Below are positions 34,386-45,740 of a stretch of DNA of 64,000 nt, one piece after another. Made by a program: the position numbers and the translations under genes. The first letter of the stretch is position 1; the number at the start of each line of letters is the position of its first letter. Source of the stretch: Lama guanicoe (taxonomy: Eukaryota); NCBI GenBank assembly GCA_013239625.1, contig MU056000.1, forward strand, positions 1,054,001 through 1,118,000, read 5' to 3'. A model generated the notes under the pieces. The model was not told the origin of the DNA, did not search any database, and was given only the letters and a program-made list of their open reading frames with translations.

Positions 34386-36809
34386 TTCTTAGTATTTTCT
34401 AGTGTTTATTGTATGGGCGTTTGGTGGGTCGATGTCACTGAACTATGCTTTGCAGCCTGAGCTGAGACTCCAGTGTAGGAAGGATGTATGATGGCTTGGA
34501 AATGAAATAAGAATCAATTGGAAAATATGCTTAGATTTACACTTATAATTTGAAGGAAGCTTTTTTCTTATAAAAGAGAAGCCCAAAGTTGTATCCAAAG
34601 GAAGAGCTTTCTCCTAAGGAAGTCAAGACTAAAGTTCCCGCCTAGAGGGACTCGCATACGTGGTCTTCCATTAGTGCACCTGGCTCCCCGGGTCGGGTGA
34701 CGAGAGCCGTGTTCCTTCCGCTTGAACGGGGGCCGGGGGCCAGGGTCCCCTTGAGGGCCTCACTGCCACTGCTCGAGGACCCCTCTTCCCTTTCTGGAAG
34801 CCGTTAGCAGACTCTCAGTAGACCCTGGGCAATTACTGTGGCCTCCAGTTTCCAGCCATTGCATTTCCAGATTTTCTCTCTGGAGCCAGTGGGAATTTAG
34901 CAGACGGTGTGGAGGTGGCTTGACCATCCAGGCATCAGAACGCCCATGGCCTTCCGCCTGGCAGCACAGGGTCTCCCAATGCAGTGTCCACTGCTTGTCT
35001 CCTGCTCCCCGCTGCAGGTCTGGGTCCCAGGCCCGCCGCCTCCCTTCCTTTTGTCCCTCCTGTGCCCGGTCTGCAGAGACCAACCAATGTGTGAGCCCTT
35101 TCTCTGCTGCCCATGCAGAGAAGAGGCAGAAGTGAGCTTTGTCATGATGAACACAAGTGAGTTGAAAGGTGTCCTTCAACCTGGGAGTTTGGATGAAGAC
35201 TCCTGAGGCACCGCCCCGGGAGCCTGGCGCTCCGGCCGTGTGCGGCAGAGGGACTCCGCCTGGGCCAGGCGCACGTTGAGCAGGAGGCTGCTCCTCTCTG
35301 CTTCCCCTGCTTCTGTCCCAGGTCTGGGGGGGCCTTATCCTCATTCTAAGACCCAAGAGAGCCATGCTGTTGTAAGGACTCTGTGGCACTGAGCTTCACC
35401 CCAGCGCCCCCGGTGCTTGTCGGACTGGGGGCCCACAGGGCAGGACACCGTCACCCACTGCGCCCCCCACCTGGGGCCCACCCGGGCCCCAGCACGTGGC
35501 AGGTCAGTATGTCCTGACTGATTGATTGATTGGATACAGTCATGCATCGCGTTAGTCAGTGAGTAAGAAGTGTAAGGAGGGCCGTGTGGCTTGATGTGAG
35601 TGTGACCATGTTCTGCTCCTTTTGTGAGAACGTAGCAATTTGCCCAGCATTTCCTGTGAGATTTTGAACATGGAGAGAATGTCTGCGGCCTTGCTTTGCC
35701 ATCTGACCGCCTCTTCCCTCACACCCCAGAGTGAATCCTCTGGGCGGGCGATGACCCAGATGGGCCCCGTCCCCCTCTGAGGGGCTGGAGAGAACTGGAC
35801 CCCCGCGACGTTAGCGGCCAGGTGACCCTGGTTACACACACCACGCACCAGCGGAGGAGTTTCTCTGTGAACTTTTGAGTTTGTCATGTCTGAATTTTCC
35901 ACTATGGTTTTTACAAGATCTGAAGTTGGAACAGTCCTCCTTCCCTCCCTTCTTCCTTTCCAAGATTTCCTGACCAAGGTCCTCTCCGTGCAGCTGGGGT
36001 TTGCTGCTGTTTCCGGGTATCCCTTGGCTCTCTGTCCCGTCCGGGAGCCGGCGCTGTGGGCGCGGGCGAGGCAGGGCCTCAGGCCCGCAGCGGAGCAGAG
36101 GGACCCACCTGCACACGGACCGGGGCCTGGAATGTTCAGGGTAAAGGCGCTGATGCGGGGTGCCTGGAGTTTCACTCCCAGGCTGCTCGAGAAGCAGGGG
36201 AGAGGCGCCCATAGGCCTGCCCCCGGGCCTGGGTCTCAGGCTGAGTCGGCCTCGGGCGGCGCGACCCCTTTGCCCCCAGGACTCGGCGCACCGCTGGCGG
36301 CTGGGGACCGCTGGACGTTCGAGGAACCAGGCACGCTCCGCGCAGAGCAGGCTCGGAGAGGCCCTGCGTGTTTGGGGCCTTTATGGTGTAACTTACAGGT
36401 TTGGGAAAAAGCAAGCTGCCTCCTTTCAAGCTTTTTCACAAAAAAGGAATGACCGCGTGTCAGGCGTGCAGGACCGGGCCTAACCCGCTTGCTGCGACAG
36501 CGGCGGTGTGAGCCGGGCCGCCCGGCCGGAGGGTCCGGACCTCCTCCTGGGGCTGCGGAGCCTGTCGCGGAGTTTCACAGCAGCACCGCTTTCCCTCGGA
36601 CTTCACTGCGGTCAACACAGCCGGGGACTCACTTCCTGGAGTCTGTGTGCTCCTCCCGCTGAGCCGCGTGCCTCCCCCAGAGGGGCGCTTGTGCAGGGAA
36701 GGCCAAGTCTTTGTCCAGGCGTGTGGTTTCCTCACCGGCAGAACCGCAGCGCCCCTGAAGGAGACGGGGAAGGCGCAGGAGGTTTCCAGGGCGCACCTGC
36801 GGAGGGTTG

Positions 36810-37030
36810 GCTGCTTTATTTGCACGGAAAACAAAGCGAGCGCCTTACATTTTGACTTACGACTAATAAGCGGTTTTGAAATGTGAGATTAAGAAAGACA
36901 AAATAATCAGCAAAATAATGATTTTGTTTAAATATAAAGTGTATCTTTCTTTTTTGTCATTATCTCGTGCATTCAGCGTGATGCCACCGTTAACCTTTGA
37001 AAGCGCGAACGTGACGTGATGTCGTTCCCC
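36810..37030. promoter_or_regulatory. Candidate enhancer / conserved element within a CpG-rich zone (36000-37130)
   Basis: AT-rich block with aacaaag (SOX), CCTTTGAA (TCF/LEF, 36994-37001), ttatct (GATA), taatca and tgtca motifs. Confidence 0.45.
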
Positions 37031-39958
37031 GGGAGGCCGCCAGCCCTGCAGCTGCCGCGGCCGCAGATCTCAGGACCGGCACCCTGAGCCCAGACAGAGG
37101 CCTTACTCCCGCGGGGCATCGCGGTTCCGCTCTTCTGTGGAGGCTGGTAAACAACTGAAGACTGAGCTTTGTGGCGTCAGGGCTCAAGCTGGGAGAGTAC
37201 CCCAGGATCGAGGTCCTGGTTTAACCCATTCAACAAGCAGTGTCCCCGAACGGGATTTGCTGGCTCCCGCGGTCAGGAATGCCAGAGCTTCGAGCAGGAA
37301 GGAGAGAAATGTGTCTGAAATAATCCGTCCCAAACGCTGCCCCCCGGGACGGCTTCTCCCTGTTGTGACCATGCACAGCGTGCGATGTCCTCCACGGCAG
37401 GACCGGGGCGCCCTGCGCCACGTGGGCTGCCCGCGTGGCCGTGCCTTCGGACCTGGTGTCAGGGGCCTCACAGGGAGCCTCCCGTGCAGATTCCTGTGCC
37501 CTCCAGGCCTGGCTGGGAGCCGCAGGTTCCGCGACTGCATGAACAGCGTCCACTGAGCCCTCAGCTGGGCTCACCCTGGTGCCAGAAGGGAGTGGACCAT
37601 GCCATCGGGCAGCGGGACCTTCTAGGTGTCAGCCCTGCTCCTTCCAGGGAGCCCCGAGTGTTGCCCTCCTTTGGAAACAGACATGGCTCCAGGGGCAGCT
37701 TGTCCCAGGGTTCCTGCTGGGTTCCGGGTTGGACGAGCATCGGGGGGCTGCTCTGTCCAAGGAATGCCACTCGCCAAGGGGCTCCTCCTTGCCTGTTGTG
37801 TCTGGAACCTCGGTCCTGAGACCTGGAAGAGGAGGACAGAGGAGAGCAGAGCATCTAACTGGAGCTGCAGGCCGGGGGCGGCGCAGTGGGGAGGGGCCCC
37901 AGGGCTTTTCCGGAGGAGGGCTGAAGAGCAGCATCTCTTCATCTCCTGCCAGGAGAGGCTGCTGGACTCCTGGCAGCTTCGCGGGGTGAGCAGTGAGCTG
38001 GGTCAGGGCGGTGACGGGTGGCCTGTGGGCCCATGACGCGTGCAGAGGAGCCTGTGGTGACCGCAGCCCAGCGACTGGGCCAGAGTGCGGGGAGGACCGC
38101 GCTGGGGGTGGTGCCTCGTCCACCTCCCACCCAGTCTCCTAGTCTCGGGAAAGCAACCCTGGGGGCTCCCATCGACACCCACCCCCCTCGCCCCCGATCG
38201 ACAGCAAGTCTGCCAGCTGGGCTCCGAAAGGGACCCACTGGCTCTCCGGCCCCGCCCCCACTGGTGCTTCCAGGGCCCGGTCACCTCTTGCCTCGAGTCC
38301 CAGCCTCGGCACGTCCGATCTCGTCTGCCTCCTGGCCGACTGCGGTCACAGTGACCCCCGGAAGCAAAACGCACGTCGTGTCAGTGACCCCGGAAAATGT
38401 AACTCAAGTCGCGTCATGTCTCGTTAGGACCTCAGGTTAACCTCACCTCCTGTGCCCGCGTGGCCTTCATCTGTCTGCTGTGCGTTGGGCTGGCGCCTGC
38501 CTCAGGCTGTCCCTGGCCCTCACAGGCCGTGGCCCCTTCTGATCAGACCTGACACACCCCTCCAGCCACGCCCTCGGGCTCCCCGTCCCTCACCTGTCCC
38601 TGCTTATGCACCTCGTGCCCTGTGCGTGGCGGTGGCTGTTTCTGGCCTGTGTGTGACTGTTTGGTTCCCTCCTGCCCGGCCTCCATCCCCCCACTGGGAT
38701 GGTGAAGGGGTTGTCTGGTCAGCCTGTCCCACGACCGTCCCGCGGTGCTGAGCACAGACACTGGAGGTTCAGGGTCGGCCTAGACTGCCCGAAGTAACCC
38801 CCCACCCCCAGCCTGGGGGATTCCACCGTGGGCGTGGGAGCTGTGGTCTCCACAGAAAACTGGGACTCCCAGCGTGTTGGCCAGGAGTCCAGCGTCTGCC
38901 TTGATCCTTCCAGAGGCCTTGGAGGAGGAGAGAGGAGGGAGCAGGCGTGGGGACAGGAGGAGGGAGGAGCTGGGCTCCCAGGGCTGGGAGGAGGGGCGAT
39001 GCTCACACGGCGTGGTTCCCATCCCAGCTTCAGACCGGCCTTCCCGGACGGAAGGACTGTGGCCACTACCCGATGGGCTGGCCGCTTGGCCACGGAGCCT
39101 GGGCAGGGCGCTGAGCAGCCCGGGTGGGGGCTGGGCAGGGACCCCACCCGCAGCCGGGTGTCGGCAGCCGAAATGGCAGAGTCTCTGTCTTGCGGGAAAT
39201 CAATTGCAGGGGAGAGAAAACAGGAAAATTTCTTTTAAATGCCTCAAATCTCCTGGGCTGTGTTGTACAATGAAATGAATACATGAACCGCACAGAAAAT
39301 ATATCTTTCAGCTTCTCAGAATTGCTGTTTCCTAAGAACAAAGCTGTAATCAGCTGGAAGTCTAGGACTCCAGCGGCTCAGGTGAGCTGGAGCTGAAGGT
39401 GGCTTTAACTTTTCAAATCTTGCAGCTGAAAGCCAAAGAGATGGAAAATCTGCGCTGCTGTTTTCTAGACAATTTCATCGTCATGGGTTCCACGCTTCAC
39501 AGTATCAGCCGCGCTGGAAGTTTTTTGCTTTGTTCCGGAATGTTTGTGCTGCTCCATGAATAAACCTGCCTTCTGCATGGGGTGCACTTCTGATTGAGGC
39601 AACGACCATTTAGTGACTAGAGCGACTGGCCTCTGGAAAGGGGCAGGATTTACACGTAGTTCTCCGTTAGCGTGAAAAGCCTGAACACAGTTTTGGGTTT
39701 CAGCGCCTCTCCTCTGCGCTTAGCAGTGACGTGGACAGTGCTGCGAGGACTGTGTGTCTTAGCGATGACGCCGAGCAGGGCAGGCACGGATCCATTCTGT
39801 GGGACACTGCTGGTCTGGGGCGGCAGGTGTGACATGGAGAAGCAAACCCACAGGTGTTTTTCTGCTCTTCCGGTTGGTTCCCGAGGACACTGGGGGTGAG
39901 GGGTGGCACGTGGGGTGGTCATCACACGAGACACCGAGCTCAGATGGGAAAGGTCACG

Positions 39959-40368
39959 ACTCAGCCAAGAAAAGAATGAAATGATGCCATTTGCAGCCAC
40001 GTGGGTGGACCTCACGATTGTCATCTTAAGTAAAGAGGTCAGCTGAAAAAGACAAACATCATATGAGATCACTTATATGTGGGATCGAAAACATGATACA
40101 AATGAAACAGAGTCACAGACAGAGAACAAACTATGGCTACCACAGGGAAGAGGGAGGAGGGGTGAATTAGGAGCTTGGGACTAACAGACACACACACACT
40201 GTGTGTAAACAGGTCAGCAACAAGGGCTGCTGTGCAGCAGCAGGACCTGCGCTTGATGTCCTGTGACAAACCACGATGGAAAGGAGTATGAAAAAGTGTG
40301 CATGTGTGTGAGTGAATTGCTTTGCTGTGGACTGGAAATCAACTGCACTTCAATTAAAAAGAAAAAAA
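39959..40368 (+). mobile_element. 5'-truncated L1 3' end
   Basis: actcagccaagaaaagaatgaaatgatgccatttgcagccacgtgg...aactgcacttcaattaaaaa plus A-tail; TSD gaaag(g/t)tcacg at 39948-39958 and 40369-40379. Confidence 0.9.
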
Positions 40369-41029
40369 GAAAGTTCACGTATCTATTTTCTCAGTTTTTG
40401 AAATAATACTTCCTGTGACCCCTTTGCTGTAAGACTTTGCTGAAATGTAGAGGAGCTTTCAAAATTCATGGGAAACGGACGTTTCAGTCTTGGTTAATCA
40501 CTGGACGGTCAAACTGCAGGAAACGGTGGGGCGAGTAAATAAAAACTTCAGGAGACATTAAGTGTCCGCAGTTTAAGGGCATAAAGATCTGACAGGCACA
40601 TCTGCGTGTTTCATCATTTCCAGTAGCGCGTCCTGACCCGACGAGGCTCAGGAGTGACTGTTCGTAGAAGATGTGCCGGCGCCGAGTCTGAAGCCGGCTC
40701 CCGGGCGTCCCGCCCCAGACACAGCCTCAGCGGGGAGAAGGGCGCCCACGACAGGGCGAGCGATAGCGTGGGGAGGCTCTGGGGCGCCCAGAGTCACAAC
40801 AAGCCGGGGCTGAGGCGGGGCTGAGCCGGGGCTGAGCCGCTCAGCCTTCTGTCCCCAGCAAGGCTGCTGCCCCCCGACCTTCGGCCAGTCACCCAAGTCT
40901 TGGTCGCCCCAGTAGACTGGCAGTGACCCTCATTTTCTGGAGCTTCAGGGGAGAAGTGTGAGCTCACGTCAGAGGTTCCTGGAGAAACAAAGACCGTGCG
41001 CTGCAGGGATGACATTTCAAACACGGTGT

Positions 41030-41420
41030 GACAGTGGCTTACGGCCACCATCTTGCTTTGCCCCAGATTTTGTGGCTGGCACCTGAGGAAGGGCTCAGCT
41101 GGGTGGCTTGTCCCTGGCCTGTGAGCTGCTGGCCGGGGCCCCTCCACTCACATGACTGGTGCCTGATGGGCAGCTGTGTCCTTCCCCAGCCCCACGCGGT
41201 CTCAGGTCCTCACCCGGGGCCTCCAGAAGGGGAGCTGGACTGCTGGCAGGGTGACCCAGATTTCCTCCCTTAGCTCTGAGGTCCGCGTCTGGAACCTGGC
41301 ACCTTTTCTGCCATACCCCGTCAGGTGAAGCCGTCACAAGCCTCATCCCGATTTAAGGAGAGGGGACAGCGGTCTCACACCCCACAGGGGGAGTGTGAAT
41401 GCATTCACGCCATCCTGAGA
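41030..41420 (-). mobile_element. Old MLT1 (F/H-like) LTR
   Basis: gaggaagggctcagctgggtggctt...ttctgccatac...gtcacaagcc...gatttaaggagaggggacag. Confidence 0.55.
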
Positions 41421-42884
41421 CGGCCGCGGTCTTCTCTCCGGCTGCCGGTTGCTTATATACGGCCCCTACGTGTGAGATGCTCTCATCTTCCCTCACAAGG
41501 TCCCCGGAGTTTAATTTCATTATAACGTCAGGTTCCAGCTCAGAGCCAGGATCTCCTCAATAAATCAGGCCACGGGGAAGGATCCCTGGGCGGGATCAAA
41601 GGTTCCTTCTGAGCTTAAAACCTCCCAGCTGAAACGGCAGATGCCCTTTCCTGCTCACACCCAGGGTGACATGGTGAGAGTACACAGGCTAAAGCAGACA
41701 CACCTGCCAGCAAAGGGGCCGTGGAGGGTGGGGGCCTTGCCGCAGCCACCAGTCCTGGCAACTCCGATATCCCGCCAGGCGCAGGTGCTGGTGACTCGAC
41801 TGGGGCCCTCCTGCCCTTGGCTCTGTCCTCTAAGATGTCCTTCTTTTCCATAAGGAACGGCAAATGCTTCTAGATCGGAAGATTGCTTCGTGCATGTAAA
41901 AACTGGGCAAAGTCAAAGTCCTGTATTTTTCCTGTTTCTGCCTCTTCTGGTCTTAACTGATAAGTTTTCTTTAAAGCGCTGTGGACCTCCTGTGTATCAG
42001 ATTATAAACGTCTTCTGTGTACAACACGACGCTTTCTGAAACAGGACTACAAGTCAGGACGCTGCGGGCCCGGCTTGGAGGGGCTTTGGCAGGTGTTCTG
42101 TCAGGTCGAAAGGGCCTTTGGGGCACATTCTTAAGATTCTGAGAAGTCTTCACGTACGTGTCTTAAACCACGTCTAAGGCGTCAGTAAAGGGACTTCCGC
42201 TACCCCCGGGAGCCGCGCTCTGAGGCCGCTGTCCAGCTGTCCTCATCCTGGTTCAGCATTTCCCTGAGGTCCTTTCCAGGTTTAAGGGTCTTTTGCAGAC
42301 TGGAGAAGAGCCCGTTGAGAGACAGCTTTATTTTTGGACTTAGCAGGTCCTGGCTTATGTTTCCTTTAATTCTGTCTGAAAATGAAATATTTCTTACTTA
42401 TTTGTTTATCTTTGTAACCTCAACTCTCCACAGGCACCTTGCGGGGTCCTGCGCGGAGCGAGCATCCTGAACCGTCGCAGCCTCGTGCCCGAGAAGGAGC
42501 CGAGGTTCTGGTGCTTGTTGCTTATTATCTCAGATTCTCTTTGTATGTCCACATTTCGTACACGTCGAAGTTCATTTTCATAAAGGAATTGATACCCTCT
42601 TACTTTGCTGAGACAGCAGGATCCGCACTGAGAGCTCCATTTTCACTTCCTTGTGCTGGTAACACGTGCTTTCCCTCTGTTTCTTGGTCAGTTCTGTTAG
42701 CGCTAACCCAGTTCTAACTGTCTTTTCTAAAGCCAAGCCGTGGGCATACTGATCCGTATCGTGTATTTTACTTCGTGTTTTGTTATTATATGATTCCACG
42801 CACATGACTTTCTCTAAGGATGGCGGGATCGAGCTAGAAGCCCATGCCTGAAAGAAAGTGTAAGGGTTACCCAATGTTCAGAAA

Positions 42885-43040
42885 ATGAGTGACGCTCGCC
42901 TCAGTGGCTCATGGTTCAAAGAAGAGATCATGGGGTGACTGAAAAACAGGTTTAGCTAAATAATGATGAAAACAGAACATACCAAAGTCTGAGATGAAGC
43001 TAAAGACATGCTTAGAAGGAACCTGCACTTCTGACTGCAG
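42885..43040 (+). mobile_element. Ancient L1 ORF2 fragment
   Basis: catggttcaaagaagagatc...aataatgatgaaaacagaacataccaaagtctgagatgaagctaaagacatgcttagaaggaa. Confidence 0.6.
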
Positions 43041-43210
43041 GCGTCGGTGCTCCTAACTGCACGGGCAAGAAGAAAGGCTGACAGGAGGCGTGCAGATTGG
43101 GAAGTCAGAGACAGAGGAAGAGCAGCAAGTTGCCCTGAAAGCAGGCAGGCAGGTGGGCAGGTGCGAGGTCTCTGTTGCTGCTCATCCAGTCCAATACGTA
43201 TTTCTCAATC

Positions 43211-43980
43211 ATTAGACTTTATTCTTCAGAGCAGTTGGAGGTTTACAGAAAAACTGAGCAGAAAGTACAGAACGTTCCCCTCGCCCACCCCAGTCTCTGC
43301 TCGGTGTGACACACTGACACTCGATGAGCCAGTGTCACCACCTTGTCCTCCGCTAAAGCGCTTGTGGACTTTAAAAGCTTGTGGCTCGCCCGCTGTGTTA
43401 GCCGCTTGGCTCCACGCAGAGCGGTCCCACGGCCCGGAAGCCCTGTGCTCCGCCCACCCTGCCCTCCCCCGACCCCGGGCGGCTGCTGGCCTTTCCTTTT
43501 ACTGTCCCCCAGAACGTCACGCAGCTGGAATCGCACCGTGTGGAGCCTTTCCAGATTGGCTCCTCCCACTTACTGATGGGCGTCTGAAGTTCTTTGTTTC
43601 CTTCATGGCTGAAGGCTCATTTCTTTTCGGTGCAGGATGATAATTCCATTATCCGGATGTACACCTGCCATCAGCTACTGAAGGACCTCTTGGCTGCTTC
43701 CAGGTTCTGGCAACGGTCATTAAAACGGCTGTGAACATCCACGTGCAGGTTTTGTGTGGACTAAGTGTCCGGCTCCTTTGGGTAAATGTCCCGCAGTGTG
43801 GCCGCTGGATCAGACGGTAAGAGCAGGTTTAGTTTTCTAAGAAGCCACCAGGCTGTCCTCCGGAGGGGCCGCACCGCCTGGGTCCCCCTGCAGTGATGAG
43901 ATTCCCCTGCTCCACGGCTCGCCAGCGCCCCCGCCGCGGGCCACCTGCGCCTCGGTTGTAGACGCTGTCACGGGTGCGAG
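43211..43980 (-). mobile_element. L1MC-like 3' end, strongly GC-shifted
   Basis: agactttattcttcagagcagttggaggtttacagaaaaactgagcagaaagtacaga...ctactgaaggacctcttggctgcttccagg...ctttgggtaaat. Confidence 0.8.
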
Positions 43981-45034
43981 GCGGCCAGCCTCTGCTTTTC
44001 AATGGAAGCGTGGAGCCCGCCGCCCGGGTGCTGCTAGTGGTGTTGGAGCTGAGTCGGCAGCGGGTGTTCTGTGCCGCCTCACTGTCTCGGGTTCCTCCTC
44101 CCCTCTCCTGCCTCGCTTTGAATCAAACCAGCATTTCCTTTTAGCTTTTCTTTCACTCTTTGTCTTGCTACTTCGGCATTATTTTGGCATTGTGTGGAGG
44201 CTGCGCTGGCTTGGAGAATCTCCCCACTGTTAAAGCCGAGGACCCCACATTACTGTTGCCACCTCCCTGACGGGCCGCGAGCCCTGGGGCGGCTTGTCGT
44301 CCGGCGCCTGGCTCTCCGCCTGTCGGCCCTGTGGCCCCTCCTCGGCGTCTGCAGTGAGTGTCCCCGTGTATTTATGAGGCCGCGTCTCTGGGTCCGAGTG
44401 AGGCCACCCTCTTCGGCCTGGAGACGGCACCGCAGGTTCCCCTGGAGCCGCAACACTTCCACGTGCTTTTCCTAGACACTTCTCCAAAGTCTCTATTTTA
44501 CCTTCACTTTGAAAGAATTTTTTTTTTCTGAGAGTAGAATTGCAGGTTGTCCTTTTTCCTTCTAAGCACATTGAAGACGCTATTTTGTTGTCTCCCAGCT
44601 TCAGCGTTTTCCTCCCGTTTCTTTCCTTCCTGGGTTTTAGACACTCGAGTCCTCTGAGCTGAGATTTTCTCTGATGCTCTCAGCTTACTCCTCCAGCAGC
44701 CTTTCTGGTTGTTCTCGGCGTGGGCCCCGGCGCTCTGGGAGCCGGTGGGGGCGGCGGCCCCTCCAGCTCGTGCGCGGTGTGCATGAGGCTGGCGGGGCTG
44801 GCGGGGGGCTCTGGAACCGGCCCCACAGACACGTGACCCGGCCAGCTGTCCGCAGGTGGACCAAGGTGGGCCTGGAGCCCAGGTCGGGGTGGAAGTTTCT
44901 CCTTCAAACCAGCCTCTTGCCATGCTTTTATCCTGCTCTTTTCTTCACCTTGGTGTAAAGAGAAGGAAGTTATTTGAATCCTGGTCCTTCCGGCAGCCCT
45001 GAACGGCCCCAGGGCTGAGTGTTTCCATTCCCAC

Positions 45035-45065
45035 TCTGTAGATGGGGAAACCGAGGCAGAAAAGT
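45035..45065. mobile_element. MIR core fragment
   Basis: cccactctgtagatggggaaaccgaggcaga resembles the MIR core. Confidence 0.45.
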
Positions 45066-45449
45066 GCTGCGGCTTGTCCTGACCTTGTACCACATGGGCC
45101 CCGGGCCTGGACTCTTGTCTCTTGAATTCCGCACCAAGTTTGCTTCGAAGGAGCCCCAGCACCACCCGGTGCCACACCTCCCGGACCTGCCCTGGCTGCC
45201 GGAGCCTCGTCTCCAGTCCCATCCCATCTCTGGAGGATTAGGCTCCAGCAGAGGCCTGTGAACGGCCAGAAAGGTGCGCTGGTTCATTCTTATTTTGATT
45301 ACGAGGGTGGGACACTTTCCTGGTCCTGACCCTCCGCTGTTTTCCTGCAGGGCCCATGCAGGCCGCCCGCCAGGGGCGGGGCAACGGTGACGTTTCTGTG
45401 TGGCTTGGCCACAGCCCTTGCTATTTATCAAACGTTCACCTGCTCTTCC

Positions 45450-45740
45450 TGCCAAGGAATTCTGTGGACGTGATTAAAGTTCATAACCAGGTGACCCTAC
45501 ATGAAGGCGACTGTGCTGGATAATCCGGGCAGGCCTGATCAGGTTGATGGAAAAGCCCCCCAAACAAGGTGAGGCTCCCCTGAAGAAGGAGACGCGTTGC
45601 AGGTGGACGGCAGCGTGGGCTGATCCCCGGGGGTCCTAGGCCTTCCCGACAACCTGCCCCGGGGGCTTCAGACCTTCCTCGCCAGACGCCCAGTCTTGGA
45701 GCCGGGGCCTAGAAACCAGTGTTACAAAAAGTGAGCACAT
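45450..45740 (+). mobile_element. MLT2-like (ERVL) LTR remnant
   Basis: gtgattaaagttcataaccaggtgacc...ctggataatccgggcaggcctgatcaggttga. Confidence 0.5.
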
